Shown here one piece after another: positions 18,962 through 32,653 of a stretch of DNA of 64,000 nucleotides. The notes beneath the pieces are model-generated. The model searched no databases and had not been told where the DNA came from. It saw only the letters and a program-made list of their open reading frames with translations. Location of the stretch: positions 740,588 to 804,587 of the forward strand of contig CAVPFB010000003.1 of NCBI GenBank assembly GCA_963703665.1, read 5' to 3'. Made by a program: the position numbers and the translations under genes. The number at the start of each line of letters is the position of its first letter. Position 1 is the first letter of the stretch. The DNA comes from an uncultured Alphaproteobacteria bacterium (GTDB taxonomy: Bacteria; Pseudomonadota; Alphaproteobacteria; ATCC43930; CGMCC-115725).

Positions 18962-21334
18962 CTAGCGCAGCGCGATCAGGCAGGCGCGGGCGGCGGCGTC
19001 GAGGATCGCCTCGGCGTCGATGCCGTAGGCACGATAGAGGTCCGGGATGTCGCCCGATTGGCCGAAGCGGTCGACCCCGAGCGGGACGATCGGGTTGCGG
19101 GCGACGGCGCCGAGCCACGACAAGGTCGCCGGATGGAAATCGCCGACGGTGACGAGGGCGGCGCCCGGCCGCAGCCGCGCGAGCAGTTGCCCGGCCGCGC
19201 TCGTGGCGCCCCGGGCGCACGCTGCCCGCCAGTCGCGGTGCAGGCGGTCGGGCGAGGTGATCGCCAACAGCCCGGCGCCGGGGACGTCCTCGGCGGCCGT
19301 TTCGAGGGCAGCCAGCGCTTCGGGAGCAACGGCGCCGCAATAGGCGATCGCCAGCTCCGCATCGGGCTCGGGTGCCCGCAGCCAATAGGCCCCGGCGACG
19401 ATCGTCTCGGCCAGGTCCGGGTCCATCTGCCGCTGCGGCTGGTCGACGGGCCGCGTCGACAGCCGGAAATAAACCAATTCGCCGCCCTCGCGCTGGATTT
19501 CCGCCAAGGCCCAGCGCAGCAGCACCGCAAGCTCGTCGGCAAAAGCCGGCTCGAAGCTGATCAAGCCGGGCTGCGCGATCCCGATCAGCGGCTCGCCGAC
19601 CGACTGATGTGCGCCGCCTTCCGGCGCCAGCGTGATCCCGGACGGAGTCGCCACCACAATAAAGCGCGCGTCCTGGTAGCAGGCGTAGTTCAGCGCGTCG
19701 AGCCCGCGCTTGATGAACGGGTCGTAGAGCGTGCCGATCGGCAACAGCCGCGTGCCGAACAGCGGCCCCGCCAAGCCGAGCGCGGCCAATTGCAGGAACA
19801 GATTGCTCTCGGCGATGCCGAGCTCGATGTGCTGGCCCTGCGGCGACATCGCCCAGCGCTGCGCCGAGACCACCTTTTCGTCGCGAAAGGTGTCGGCGCG
19901 CTCGGCGCGGTCGAAGATCCCGCGGCGGTTGACCCACGGCCCGAGATTGGTCGACACGGTGACATCGGGCGAGGTGGTCACGATGCGCCGTGCGAGATCG
20001 GTGTCGCTCGCGGCGATGTCGCCCAACAGGCGGCCAAATGCTTCCTGCGTCGATAGCCTGTCGCCGCGCGGGACCGGCAGGCTCGCCGGCACCGGCACCG
20101 GCTCGGCTTCGTGCCGGCGCGGGCTGGAACCGGCGAGCGGCAGCCCTTCGAGAAACGCGGAAAGCCGTTCGGCCGGCAGGTCGAGACCGGCGAACAAATC
20201 CCATTCCGCACCCTCGGCCACCCCCATGCTGCGCTGGAACGAGGCCATCTGGCCGAGGTTCATCAGCCCGGCATGATTGTCCTTGTGCCCGGCGAAGGGC
20301 AGCCCGAACCCCTTGATCGTGTACGCGATGAAGCAGGTCGGCCGGTCGTCGGCAATCACGTGGAAGGCGTCGAGCACGGCTGCCAGATCGTGGCCGCCGA
20401 GATTGGTCATCAGCCGCTGCAGCCCGGCATCGTCATGGTCGTCGAGGATCGCGCGGATGCCGGGATAGCGGTTGAGATCGCGCTGCAGATGCTCGCGCCA
20501 GCCCTCGCCGCCCTTGTACACCAATGCCGAATAGAGCGAATTCGGGCAGGCGTCGATCCACTCGCGCAGATGATGCCCGTCGGGGCAGGCGAAGGCCGCT
20601 TCCAGGAGCCGCCCATATTTCAAGGTGACGACGCGCCAGCCCATCATCTCGAACATCGCGTCGATGCGGCCGAACAGGCGGTCCGATACCACGGCGTCGA
20701 GGCTCTGGCGGTTGTAGTCGATGACCCACCACAGATTGCGCACGTCGTGCTTCCAGCCTTCGAGCAAGGCCTCGAAGATGTTGCCCTCGTCGAGCTCGGC
20801 GTCTCCGGCGAGGGCGATCATCCGGCCCGGCGGTTCGTCGGTCGGGACCAGCTCTTTCAACCGCAGATAGTCCTGGGCGATCGAGCTGAACAGGGTCATG
20901 CCGACGCCGAGGCCGACCGACCCGGTCGAGAAATCGACGATATCGCCGCCGTCCTTGGTCCGCGACGGATAGGATTGGGCGCCGCCATAGGCGCGAAAGC
21001 GCTGCAATTTCTCACGGGTCTGATGCCCGAGCAGATATTGGATCGCGTGAAACACCGGGGAGGCATGCGGCTTGACCGCGACCCGGTCCTGTGGGCGGAG
21101 CACGTCGAAATAGAGGGCGGTCATCAGGGTCGCCACCGACGCGCTCGAAGCCTGGTGGCCGCCGACCTTGAGCCCGTCGCGGTTGGACCGCAGATGGTTC
21201 GCGTTGTGGGTCATCCAGGTCGAGAGCCACAGCACCTTGCGCTCGAGCGCGCCGAGGCAGGCGAGCTTATCGCCGCGCTCCGCCTGCTCCTGGCCGACGC
21301 GTTTGCCCTCGATGACCTGCGGCATCAAACCCAA
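18962..21334 (-). CDS. thiamine-diphosphate-dependent E1/transketolase-like enzyme (homodimeric AceE-like pyruvate dehydrogenase E1 family)
   Basis: 790 aa. ..GGHQASSASVATLMTALYF.., ..GDAELDEGNIFEAL.. (ThDP GDG-x-E..N motif). Size typical of AceE-type E1. No E2/E3 genes nearby. Confidence 0.7.
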   Translation of the reverse strand: MGLMPQVIEGKRVGQEQAERGDKLACLGALERKVLWLSTWMTHNANHLRSNRDGLKVGGHQASSASVATLMTALYFDVLRPQDRVAVKPHASPVFHAIQYLLGHQTREKLQRFRAYGGAQSYPSRTKDGGDIVDFSTGSVGLGVGMTLFSSIAQDYLRLKELVPTDEPPGRMIALAGDAELDEGNIFEALLEGWKHDVRNLWWVIDYNRQSLDAVVSDRLFGRIDAMFEMMGWRVVTLKYGRLLEAAFACPDGHHLREWIDACPNSLYSALVYKGGEGWREHLQRDLNRYPGIRAILDDHDDAGLQRLMTNLGGHDLAAVLDAFHVIADDRPTCFIAYTIKGFGLPFAGHKDNHAGLMNLGQMASFQRSMGVAEGAEWDLFAGLDLPAERLSAFLEGLPLAGSSPRRHEAEPVPVPASLPVPRGDRLSTQEAFGRLLGDIAASDTDLARRIVTTSPDVTVSTNLGPWVNRRGIFDRAERADTFRDEKVVSAQRWAMSPQGQHIELGIAESNLFLQLAALGLAGPLFGTRLLPIGTLYDPFIKRGLDALNYACYQDARFIVVATPSGITLAPEGGAHQSVGEPLIGIAQPGLISFEPAFADELAVLLRWALAEIQREGGELVYFRLSTRPVDQPQRQMDPDLAETIVAGAYWLRAPEPDAELAIAYCGAVAPEALAALETAAEDVPGAGLLAITSPDRLHRDWRAACARGATSAAGQLLARLRPGAALVTVGDFHPATLSWLGAVARNPIVPLGVDRFGQSGDIPDLYRAYGIDAEAILDAAARACLIALR

Positions 21335-21423
21335 CTCCCGCCTCTGCCAACCGAGCTTAGCCGATATCGGCCTAGGACATGAATTTTTCAGCCTCCCCGG
21401 GGTCAGCGAGACAGAGAACAGCC

Positions 21424-21708
21424 ATGAGCGTCAGGATGATCATTCGCGCTGCCGCGACATTTCTGATCGTCGCGCTGACCTGCGCCGGGGTCGCGCCCGC
21501 CTTCGCCGCGGAAAGCGCCGCGCCGCAGATGGACACCGGCCACACCGCCAATCGGTCGCCGAAAACCCCGACGGTCAGCCCGACCGCCGATCAGATCGAG
21601 GCGAGCAACGTCATCGGCGCGAATGTCCAGAACGCCAGCGGCGCCGACATCGCCAAGATCGCCGACCTGCAGATCGATCGGCACAGCGCCGTGGCCGCCC
21701 TGCGCTAA
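21424..21708 (+). CDS. short secreted PRC-barrel-like protein
   Basis: Signal peptide MSVRMIIRAAATFLIVALTCAGVAPAFA. C-terminal ..ASNVIGANVQNASGADIAKIADLQIDRHSAV.. resembles the first strands of a PRC barrel but ends early. Confidence 0.4.
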   Translation: MSVRMIIRAAATFLIVALTCAGVAPAFAAESAAPQMDTGHTANRSPKTPTVSPTADQIEASNVIGANVQNASGADIAKIADLQIDRHSAVAALR

Positions 21709-21714
21709 AGAGAA

Positions 21715-21738
21715 GGGCCGCCTGGCGACAGGCGGCCC
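21715..21738. terminator. bidirectional hairpin between PRC-barrel-like gene and groEL
   Basis: GGGCCGCCT-ggcgac-AGGCGGCCC. On the groEL strand it is followed by CTTCTCTTT. Confidence 0.6.
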
Positions 21739-21764
21739 GCTTGGATTGCAGATCAGGGGCGGCT

Positions 21765-23432
<1,668 letters not shown>

Positions 23433-23747
23433 CTAAGCGACCTTTCTGGCCGGGGCGTCGTGCTCGATCACGCCCATGATGTCGGATTCTTTCATGATGA
23501 TCAGTTCTTCGCCGTCAAGCTTGACCTCGGTGCCCGACCATTTGCCGAACAGCACGCGGTCGCCCGCCTTGACATCCATCGGCTGGATCTTGCCGTCTTC
23601 GCCGCGCGCGCCCGGACCGGCAGCCATCACCTCGCCTTCCATCGGCTTTTCCTTCGCCGTGTCCGGGATGATGATGCCGCCTTTGCTCTTCTCTTCCTCC
23701 TCGACGCGCCGGATCACCACACGGTCATGCAGCGGACGAAATTTCAT
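23433..23747 (-). CDS. groS: co-chaperonin GroES
   Basis: 104 aa from [14 protein letters not shown].. (internal ATG of ORF 23433..23804). Confidence 0.95.
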   Translation of the reverse strand: MKFRPLHDRVVIRRVEEEEKSKGGIIIPDTAKEKPMEGEVMAAGPGARGEDGKIQPMDVKAGDRVLFGKWSGTEVKLDGEELIIMKESDIMGVIEHDAPARKVA

Positions 23748-23797
23748 GAAACCCTCCTCGACCCCGATTTCGATTGAGCGATTGGCACTCTCGGCGG

Positions 23798-23824
23798 TTA
23801 GCACTCTTCACGCCAGAGTGCTGC
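23798..23824 (-). promoter_or_regulatory. CIRCE operator (HrcA binding site) of groESL
   Basis: TTAGCACTC-N9-GAGTGCTGC, matching the consensus TTAGCACTC-N9-GAGTGCTAA at 17/18 positions, 50 nt upstream of groES. Confidence 0.85.
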
Positions 23825-23825
23825 C

Positions 23826-23854
23826 TAGATAATTGGACCGTTTCGGCTTGTCAA
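23826..23854 (-). promoter_or_regulatory. putative sigma-70-type groESL promoter
   Basis: On the minus strand TTGACA-17 nt-TATCTA immediately upstream of CIRCE. Confidence 0.55.
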
Positions 23855-23979
23855 GCAGCCGGGCCAGCCGGCCAGCGCCGCAGCGACCCGTCGATTGCCG
23901 GCAGTTTTGACAACAGCGCGTGCGCGGCGCACTCTCTGCCGGTTATGATGGGATCAGCCGCCACTGATGAGCCGCTCCG

Positions 23980-24957
23980 ATGCCGCGAAACCTAGACTGG
24001 GAAGTTCCGGGCGAAATCCAGCCGAAGCCCGGCGAGTGCAGCTTTGACCTCGACCGCGCGCTCGGCGCGGTGCTGGGCTTGCGCGCGACCGTGCCGGAGG
24101 ACGCCTTTACCGCCGGGACGCTCGGCACCGAGCGCGCCGGCAGCGGCGTGTTGATCCGCGATGATGGCCTCGTCCTGACGATCGGCTATCTGGTCACCGA
24201 GGCCGAGACGATCTGGCTGACCTCGGCGAGTGGCGGCGCCGTGCCGGGGCATGTTCTCGCTTACGACCAGGACACCGGCTTCGGGCTGGTCCAGGCGCTC
24301 GGCAGGTTGAATGAGGCGCCGCTCGAGCTCGGCGTCGGCATGCGGGTCGGTGCCGGCGACCGCGCGATCATGGCCGCCGAGGGTGGGCGTCGCCATGCCA
24401 TCGCCGCGCGGGTGGTCGCTCGCCAGGAATTCGCCGGCTACTGGGAATACGTGCTCGACCGCGCCATCTTTACCGCCCCGGCGCACCCGTTTTGGGGCGG
24501 CGCGGCGCTGATCGCCGCCGACGGCCGGCTGATCGGCATCGGCTCGCTGCATGTCCAGCATTCGAGCGGCCGCGAGCTGCGCCGCGACGTCAACATGGTC
24601 GTGCCGATCGACTTGTTGCCGCCGATCCTCGACGACATGCTGACCTATGGGCGCCCGAACCGGCCGATGCGCCCCTGGCTCGGCCTCTATGCCGCCGAGG
24701 TAGAGGACGCGATCGTCGTTGCTGGTCTGGCCGAACGCGGCCCGGCGAGCGCCGCCGGGCTGCGGCCCGGGGACCGCATCCTGGCGGTGCGCGAGGACTC
24801 GGTCGCGAGCCTCGCCGGGCTCTGGCGCAAGGTGTGGGCCGGCGGGCCGGCCGGCAGCGAAGTCCAGCTCCAGGTGGCGCGGGACAGCGAAACCTTGACG
24901 GTTCGCGTTCTTTCGGCCGACCGCTCGCGATTTCTGAAGGCGCCAAAGCTGCACTGA
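23980..24957 (+). CDS. S1C (trypsin-like) serine protease with C-terminal PDZ domain
   Basis: 325 aa. ..GSGVLIRDDGLVLTIGYLV.., ..GGAALIAADGRLIGIGS.. (GxSGG-like context), PDZ-like ..GLRPGDRILAV... Confidence 0.7.
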   Translation: MPRNLDWEVPGEIQPKPGECSFDLDRALGAVLGLRATVPEDAFTAGTLGTERAGSGVLIRDDGLVLTIGYLVTEAETIWLTSASGGAVPGHVLAYDQDTGFGLVQALGRLNEAPLELGVGMRVGAGDRAIMAAEGGRRHAIAARVVARQEFAGYWEYVLDRAIFTAPAHPFWGGAALIAADGRLIGIGSLHVQHSSGRELRRDVNMVVPIDLLPPILDDMLTYGRPNRPMRPWLGLYAAEVEDAIVVAGLAERGPASAAGLRPGDRILAVREDSVASLAGLWRKVWAGGPAGSEVQLQVARDSETLTVRVLSADRSRFLKAPKLH

Positions 24958-25063
24958 GCCGGGGTGCTGCAGCTGCACTGCGCCGGCAGGACCGGCAGGC
25001 GGGCGAAGGCAGGCCTCGGCACCCCGCACGAGGCCGGTCGCAGCCTGCCGCCGAACTCGCTGC

Positions 25064-25560
25064 TCAATATGGGATCCTGTCGGGCTTCGCCTGGTACTTC
25101 TTCCAAACCTCGACGGCTTCGGTGCGTTGGATCTGGGTCGCGGGAATGGTGCGAAGTTGCGTCGGACGGCGCAGCTGCTCGAAGATCATCACGTCGTCGA
25201 ACCCGCCATACTCGAACGCATCGCCGACCGACGCGCCGTAATAGATCCGTTCGATTCCGGCCCAATAGGCCGCGGCGGCGCACATCGGGCAAGGCTCGGC
25301 GCTCGTATAGAGAGTGCATCCGGTCAGTTTGAAGGCCCCGAGTTTTTTGCACGCCTGGCGAATTGCCTCGATCTCGCCATGCCAAGTCGGATCGCGCTCG
25401 GCGACGACCCGGTTGGCGCCTTCGGCGATAATTTCGCCGTCTCTGGCGATGACGGCGCCGAACACCCCGCCGGCATTGTCGACCAGCGATGTTTTGGCCG
25501 ACAGCTCGATCGCCTCCGCATGAATTTCTCGTGTTGCGCGTCGCTGTGCATGGTTCGCAT
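25064..25560 (-). pseudogene. CMP/dCMP-type zinc nucleoside/nucleobase deaminase (guanine/tRNA-adenosine deaminase-like), frameshifted
   Basis: HGEIEAI...PCPMCAAA zinc motifs in ORF 25064..25465. The natural N-terminus MRTMHSDAQHEKFMR.. is in ORF 25324..25560. One G appears missing in the run at about 25513-25518 (ATGCGG-AGGCGATCGAG; expected ..MREAIELSAKTS..). Confidence 0.75.
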
Positions 25561-25650
25561 TTTTTCAAATCCACCGGCGATGCGGCGCGTTCGTGCGCCC
25601 TATTCACACTGGAACGAAACGGTAAAAATATAATGAATCGTGGTACTGCT

Positions 25651-26320
25651 TCAGATTGCCCGAAGGAACACGCCAATTTCGACAATGTAGAGGCCGAGGA
25701 GAAGGATGATGCCGGCGGCGGTGGTCCGCCGCGGCCCAAGCGGTCCAGGCCGCAGCCACCAATCGAACGCGCGGTTGGGGGTCGGCATCACCGGCCAGGC
25801 CAACAGCCACACGCTGACGGCGTTGCCGAGAAAGGTGCCGAAAACCGGATCGAGCCCGCTCAGCCGCGGAACCAGCAGGCGCAGCTCGATCATGACGATC
25901 GGAAACAGCACAAGAGGACGATCATCGATGGCTTCCAACCCGGCGGCGCCGGACCGGCGGCGCCGGACCGGCGCCGCCGGGCGGAAACCAGCCGGCGAAC
26001 GTCCCTTCAAGCCGTCGGCTGGACCACGATTCGACCAGTGCCGCCGATGCTTCGATCAGACGGCGTCGTTCGGCCGAGGCCAGCCAGTCGTCGAGCTGCC
26101 TGGTCGTCGCGAAGCGGATCAGCGTGGTCCAAGCCGCCTGTTCGCGGGACGGCGCCTGCAGATAAGTGCCGCGATAGCCGGGAAATTCGGCCTGCGCCTG
26201 CTGAATCCGGGCCGACCAATCGTGAAATGCGCTCTCCAGACCCGGGCGGACCCGGGTGGCGATGACCTCGGTGACGCTGCCCCGAGCATGAAAATCGGCG
26301 GGCTGCTCGTCCGGCGCCAA
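25651..26320 (-). pseudogene. ABM (antibiotic biosynthesis monooxygenase-like) domain protein with C-terminal TM segments, disrupted
   Basis: ORFs 25922..26320 and 25651..26010 are one gene. Removing one copy of the 14-bp tandem duplication (25941-25968) gives ..WFPPGGAGPAPPGWKPSMIVLL... A further 1-nt loss near 25910-25911 is needed to reach ..VLFPIVMIELRLL... Confidence 0.65.
25941..25968. repeat. exact 14-bp tandem duplication (CGGCGGCGCCGGAC x2, plus a partial third copy)
   Basis: Read directly. It lies inside the ABM-TM gene and shifts its frame. Confidence 0.9.
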
Positions 26321-26323
26321 CGC

Positions 26324-26593
26324 CTAGTCGAGCAGAGACTCCAATTCCCGATAGAGGGACGCACGCGGTTGCGACGCCTGCCACTCGGAGAGCCGGCTCG
26401 CGTCGGAAAACTGCATGACCATCTGCCACTCGGCGCGCGACTGCAGCACCGGGACGAATTCGATGCAGACAAAGCCGGTCGCCGCTGCGGCAACGGCGGT
26501 CATGCGTGCCTGCCACGCGAGGAACCCGGCGTGCGCATCGTCGCGGACGCGCAGCCGGACGGCGATGGCGGATGCGGGCGCTTGATCCTTCAT
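26324..26593 (-). CDS. small ABM-domain protein
   Basis: 89 aa from MKDQAPASAIAVRLRVRDDAHAGFLAWQ.. (internal ATG of ORF 26324..26701), directly upstream of the ABM-TM gene. Confidence 0.6.
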   Translation of the reverse strand: MKDQAPASAIAVRLRVRDDAHAGFLAWQARMTAVAAAATGFVCIEFVPVLQSRAEWQMVMQFSDASRLSEWQASQPRASLYRELESLLD

Positions 26594-26713
26594 GGATCTC
26601 CCGGAAATACCGGCGGGTCGTGGCGAGCATCGGCGGCGTCGCGATGCCCGGCAGATCGCGACCGAAAGCCGCGGCCATTGTTCAAGCTCGTGAGCATCCA
26701 ATTCCCGGACCGC

Positions 26714-26749
26714 GCCGATTTATGCGCATGGGCCGATCTATGCGCATGG
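26714..26749. promoter_or_regulatory. tandem 18-bp direct repeat, each copy containing the palindrome ATGCGCAT; candidate operator
   Basis: GCCGATTTATGCGCATGG / GCCGATCTATGCGCATGG in the divergent intergenic region between the ABM genes and cysD. Confidence 0.4.
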
Positions 26750-26897
26750 AAAGTGCAAAACTTCGTAAATTTTTGCCGCTGCCGCGAGCCTTGGCGCCGA
26801 GCCGACCTCCGGTCCTCGATCCAGCGGCGTTCCTACAGGTTTGACATCCGCCATTCTGTTCTCTAACGGGGATGCTTGCCGTCAGCTTCGCGAAAGA

Positions 26898-27836
26898 ATG
26901 GTTGTGTCTGCTGTCGCCGAACCTTCTCGGGCATTACTCCTGCGCCCGCACCTGCGCCGCCTCGAAGCCGAAGCGATCGGCATCATGCGCGAGGTCGCGG
27001 CCGAGTTCCGCCGTCCGGTCATGCTCTATTCGATCGGCAAGGATTCGAGCGTCATGCTGCATTTGGCGCGCAAAGCGTTTTATCCCGGCCGGCCCCCGTT
27101 TCCGCTGCTCCATATCGACACCCTGTGGAAGTTCGGCGAGATGATCGCGTTTCGCGACGCGACCGCGCGCCGGATCGGCATCGAGCTGATCGTCCACACC
27201 AACGCGGACGGGGTGCGGCGCGGCATCGACCCGATTTCCTCGGGCTCGGCGCTGCATACCGCGATAATGAAGACCGAAGCGTTGAAGCAGGCGCTCGATC
27301 GTCACGGCTTCGACGCGGCGCTGGGCGGGGCGCGCCGCGACGAGGAAAAGAGCCGAGCCAAGGAACGGGTCTTTTCGCTGCGCGGCGCCAACCACGACTG
27401 GAACCCGAAAAACCAGCGCCCCGAATTATGGCGGCTCTACAACACCCGCCTGTCCGGGTGCGAGACGATGCGGGTTTTTCCGCTGTCGAACTGGACCGAG
27501 CACGACGTCTGGGAATACGTCGCCGCCGAAGAAATTCCGGTGGTGCCGTTGTATTTCGCAGCCCTGCGGCCGGTGGTCGAGCGCAGCGGGACCTGGATCA
27601 TGGTCGACGACGACCGCCTGCCGCTGAAGCCCGGCGAGGTGCCCGAGACCCGCCTTGTCCGGTTTCGCACCTTGGGATGCTATCCACTGACCGGGGCGAT
27701 CGAGTCGGCGGCGGCGAACCCGGCCGAGATCCTCGTCGAATTGCGCGACACGCGCCGCTCCGAGCGGCAGGGCCGGCTGATCGACGGCGACGAAGATGCG
27801 GCGATGGAGCGCAAAAAGCGCGAGGGCTATTTCTGA
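26898..27836 (+). CDS. cysD: sulfate adenylyltransferase subunit 2
   Basis: ..[36 protein letters not shown].. (PAPS-reductase/ATP-PPase fold), ..GYF C-terminus. ATG 26898 preferred over TTG 26841. Confidence 0.9.
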   Translation: MVVSAVAEPSRALLLRPHLRRLEAEAIGIMREVAAEFRRPVMLYSIGKDSSVMLHLARKAFYPGRPPFPLLHIDTLWKFGEMIAFRDATARRIGIELIVHTNADGVRRGIDPISSGSALHTAIMKTEALKQALDRHGFDAALGGARRDEEKSRAKERVFSLRGANHDWNPKNQRPELWRLYNTRLSGCETMRVFPLSNWTEHDVWEYVAAEEIPVVPLYFAALRPVVERSGTWIMVDDDRLPLKPGEVPETRLVRFRTLGCYPLTGAIESAAANPAEILVELRDTRRSERQGRLIDGDEDAAMERKKREGYF

Positions 27837-29725
27837 TGGCGGCACCCGGCGCGGCGACCCCTTGCGCGGCGAGCCGCGGGTCGCGCGAACGGGATCTCTT
27901 ACGCTTTTTGACCTGCGGATCGGTCGATGACGGCAAATCGACCCTGATCGGCCGGCTGCTGCACGACTGCGCGCTGATCCTCGACGACCAGCTGGCGACG
28001 CTCGAGCGCGAGTCGCGGCGGTTCGGCACGACCGGGGACGCGATCGATTTTTCACTGCTGCTGGACGGGCTCGAAGACGAGCGCCAGCAGCGCATCACGA
28101 TCGATGTCGCCTACCGCTTTTTCGCCACCCCGGCGCGCGCGTTCGTCGTCGCCGATACCCCCGGGCACGAGCAGTACACCCGCAACATGGCGACCGGCGC
28201 CTCGACCTGCGATCTCGCGGTGATTCTGGTCGATGCGGGCAAAGGCGTCCTGCCGCAGACCAAGCGGCACGCGTTCATCTGCTCGCTGCTCGGCATCCGG
28301 CGCCTCGTGCTGGCGGTCAACAAGATGGACACGGTCGGCTTCGACGCGCACCGGTTCGCCGAAATCGCCGCCGGGTTTTCCGGGTTCGCCGCCGGGTTGG
28401 GCGATGCTGCGGTGTGCGCGATCCCGCTCTCGGCGCTGTCGGGCGACAACGTCACCGGGCGCTCGGCGCGCATGCCGTGGTATCGCGGGCCGACCCTGAT
28501 CGAGCACCTCGAAAGGGTCGAGTTGGCCGATCGCGCCGGGGACCGCCCGTTCCGCTTTCCGGTGCAATGGGTCAACCGCCCGAATGCCGGGTTCCGCGGT
28601 TTTTCCGGCACGGTCGCGTCGGGCTCGATCGCGCCCGGCGACCCGGTGCTGGTCGCCGGCTCCGGCCGCTCGACCCGGGTCAAGGAGATCGTCACCTTCG
28701 ACGGTCCACTGGCGCGCGCCGACGAGGGCGACGCGGTGACCCTGACCCTGGCGGACGAGATCGATATCGCCCGCGGCGATGTGCTGGCCGATCCCCGCGA
28801 CGAGCCCGAATGTGTCGACCAGTTCGCCGCCCAGGTGATCTGGATGAGCGAGCAGCCGCTGGTCCCCGGCCGCTCCTATCTGTTGAAGATCGCCACCCGC
28901 ACCGTGCCGGCGACGGTCACCGCGCTCAAGCACCGCATCGACATCGAGACCATGGCGCATTTCGCCGACAAGAGCCTCGGGGCCAACGAAATCGGGTTCT
29001 GCAACCTGTCGACCGCTGCGCCGATTGCGTTCGATCCCTATGCGGTCAACCGCGACACCGGGGCTTTTATCCTGATCGACCGCTTCACCAACGAAACCGC
29101 CGGCGCCGGGATGATCGCCTTTGGCCTGCGCCGGGCCAGCAACATCCATTGGCAGGCGCTGACCGTCGGCCGGGCCGAGCGTGCGGCGCTGAAGGAGCAG
29201 GTCCCGGCGGTGCTGTGGCTGACCGGGCTGTCGGGCGCCGGGAAATCGACGATCGCGGATCTGGTCGAAAAAAAGCTGCTCGCCCGCGGCCATCACACGA
29301 TGCTGCTCGACGGCGACAATCTGCGGCATGGGCTCAACCGCGATCTCGGCTTTACCGACGCCGACCGGGTCGAAAACATTCGGCGCGTCGGCGAGGTCGC
29401 CAAGCTGATGGCCGAGGCCGGGCTGATCGTGATCTGCTCGTTCATCTCGCCGTTCCGCGCCGAGCGCAGGATGGTGCGGGAGCTGACGGGGCCCACCCCG
29501 TTTCTCGAGGTCTTCGTCGACACCCCGCTCGAGGAATGCATCCGGCGCGATCCCAAGGGGCTTTACGCCAAGGCCAAGGCCGGACGGATCGAGCACTTTA
29601 CCGGGCTCGACTCGCCTTACGAGACGCCGGAAGCCCCCGAGCTGCGCCTGACCACGGTCGAAGCCGGACCCGAGGATGCCGCCGAAAAGATCATCGAGGC
29701 GCTGCGGCAGCGCCGGATCATCTGA
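27836..29725 (+). CDS. cysNC: bifunctional sulfate adenylyltransferase subunit 1 / adenylyl-sulfate kinase
   Basis: ATG overlaps the cysD stop (TGATG). GTPase motifs [19 protein letters not shown]-terminal APS kinase P-loop GLSGAGKST. Confidence 0.9.
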   Translation: MAAPGAATPCAASRGSRERDLLRFLTCGSVDDGKSTLIGRLLHDCALILDDQLATLERESRRFGTTGDAIDFSLLLDGLEDERQQRITIDVAYRFFATPARAFVVADTPGHEQYTRNMATGASTCDLAVILVDAGKGVLPQTKRHAFICSLLGIRRLVLAVNKMDTVGFDAHRFAEIAAGFSGFAAGLGDAAVCAIPLSALSGDNVTGRSARMPWYRGPTLIEHLERVELADRAGDRPFRFPVQWVNRPNAGFRGFSGTVASGSIAPGDPVLVAGSGRSTRVKEIVTFDGPLARADEGDAVTLTLADEIDIARGDVLADPRDEPECVDQFAAQVIWMSEQPLVPGRSYLLKIATRTVPATVTALKHRIDIETMAHFADKSLGANEIGFCNLSTAAPIAFDPYAVNRDTGAFILIDRFTNETAGAGMIAFGLRRASNIHWQALTVGRAERAALKEQVPAVLWLTGLSGAGKSTIADLVEKKLLARGHHTMLLDGDNLRHGLNRDLGFTDADRVENIRRVGEVAKLMAEAGLIVICSFISPFRAERRMVRELTGPTPFLEVFVDTPLEECIRRDPKGLYAKAKAGRIEHFTGLDSPYETPEAPELRLTTVEAGPEDAAEKIIEALRQRRII

Positions 29726-29793
29726 CCGGGACCGGCGCAGCCTGACCCCGGTTTCGCGGTTCTTTCAGCTCGGCGGCGGCACGCCCGGCAAAA

Positions 29794-31734
<1,941 letters not shown>

Positions 31735-31816
31735 GGGCGCCCTTCCTCCTCGGCTGGCGGCACCGGTCGATGCGCCGCGCGCAGTCACCGAAGATTATTC
31801 CGCCGGGCCGAGTGGT

Positions 31817-32653
31817 TTACAATACCCGTTCCATCTGGCGGACGCAGGCCGAGCCGTCCTGCAGGCGGGCGCCGGTCGCCAGCAGCGCCGCTTGGGTCCG
31901 GTTGGCCACATGCAGGCGCTTGATGATCTGCTTGACATGGGCCTTGACCGTGCTTTCCGACATCGACAAGGCATCGGCGATCAATTTGTTCGAGCGGCCT
32001 TCCGAGATCAGCGCCAGGACGTCGCGCTGGCGTCGGGTCAACTCCCGCCATGCCGGCTGGGGCGGGCTCGGAGCCGCGCCCTCGAGCCCAGGCTCGGTCA
32101 GCGCCAGCGGCACGTAGGTCCCGCCGGCGCGGATGCGCTCGAGCGCGGCGACCAGAACCTTGAGGCTGAGGCTCATCGGCAGAAAGCCGCGGGCGCCCGA
32201 GCGCAGGATCGTGCGCGCGCGCTCCGGGTCGTCGCAGTCGGCCGCCACCAGGATCGGGGTCTGGGGCGCCGCCGCGGCCAACAGCGCGAGATCGATCAGG
32301 TCGATCTGCCCGCAGGTCGAGCCGCCGAGCAGGATCACCGCGAAGCCCTCGCCATGCCGCAGCAGCCGCACCAGGTCCGCAGCGCTCGGCACATCGCTGA
32401 TCCGCCAGCGCCTCGGTTGTTGGCCGAGCGCCAGTTTGAAGCAATCGCGCCGCAACCGGCTGTGATCGACGATCGCCAGATGCCGGCGAACCGGCTCAAC
32501 GAACTCGACCGCCGCATTGCGCGGCTCATCGATGTTGCGCGGCTGCTCGTCGATGACGCTGTCGCCCAGCGAGTTCACAGAGTGATGAAGTTCCAAACCT
32601 TGACCCCCCGATGCTTCAGGTTTGCGGCCAGGATGCCCTTTTGCGCATAGCAC
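31817..32653 (-). CDS. LuxR/FixJ-family transcriptional regulator with receiver-like N-domain
   Basis: C-terminal HTH LTRRQRDVLALISEGRSNKLIADALSMSESTVKAHVKQIIKRL. Start codon uncertain. Confidence 0.7.
   Translation of the reverse strand: MLCAKGHPGRKPEASGGQGLELHHSVNSLGDSVIDEQPRNIDEPRNAAVEFVEPVRRHLAIVDHSRLRRDCFKLALGQQPRRWRISDVPSAADLVRLLRHGEGFAVILLGGSTCGQIDLIDLALLAAAAPQTPILVAADCDDPERARTILRSGARGFLPMSLSLKVLVAALERIRAGGTYVPLALTEPGLEGAAPSPPQPAWRELTRRQRDVLALISEGRSNKLIADALSMSESTVKAHVKQIIKRLHVANRTQAALLATGARLQDGSACVRQMERVL

Noticed and set aside
25941-26749. CRISPR array
   Set aside because: The tandem repeats at 25941-25968 and 26714-26749 (and at 59887-59919) have only two copies, no spacers of CRISPR size, and no cas genes. 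No CRISPR in the window.
26876-27835. N-terminal 320 codons of the 949-aa ORF
   Set aside because: Out-of-frame overlap with cysD. The true cysNC starts at ATG 27836 (TGATG coupling).
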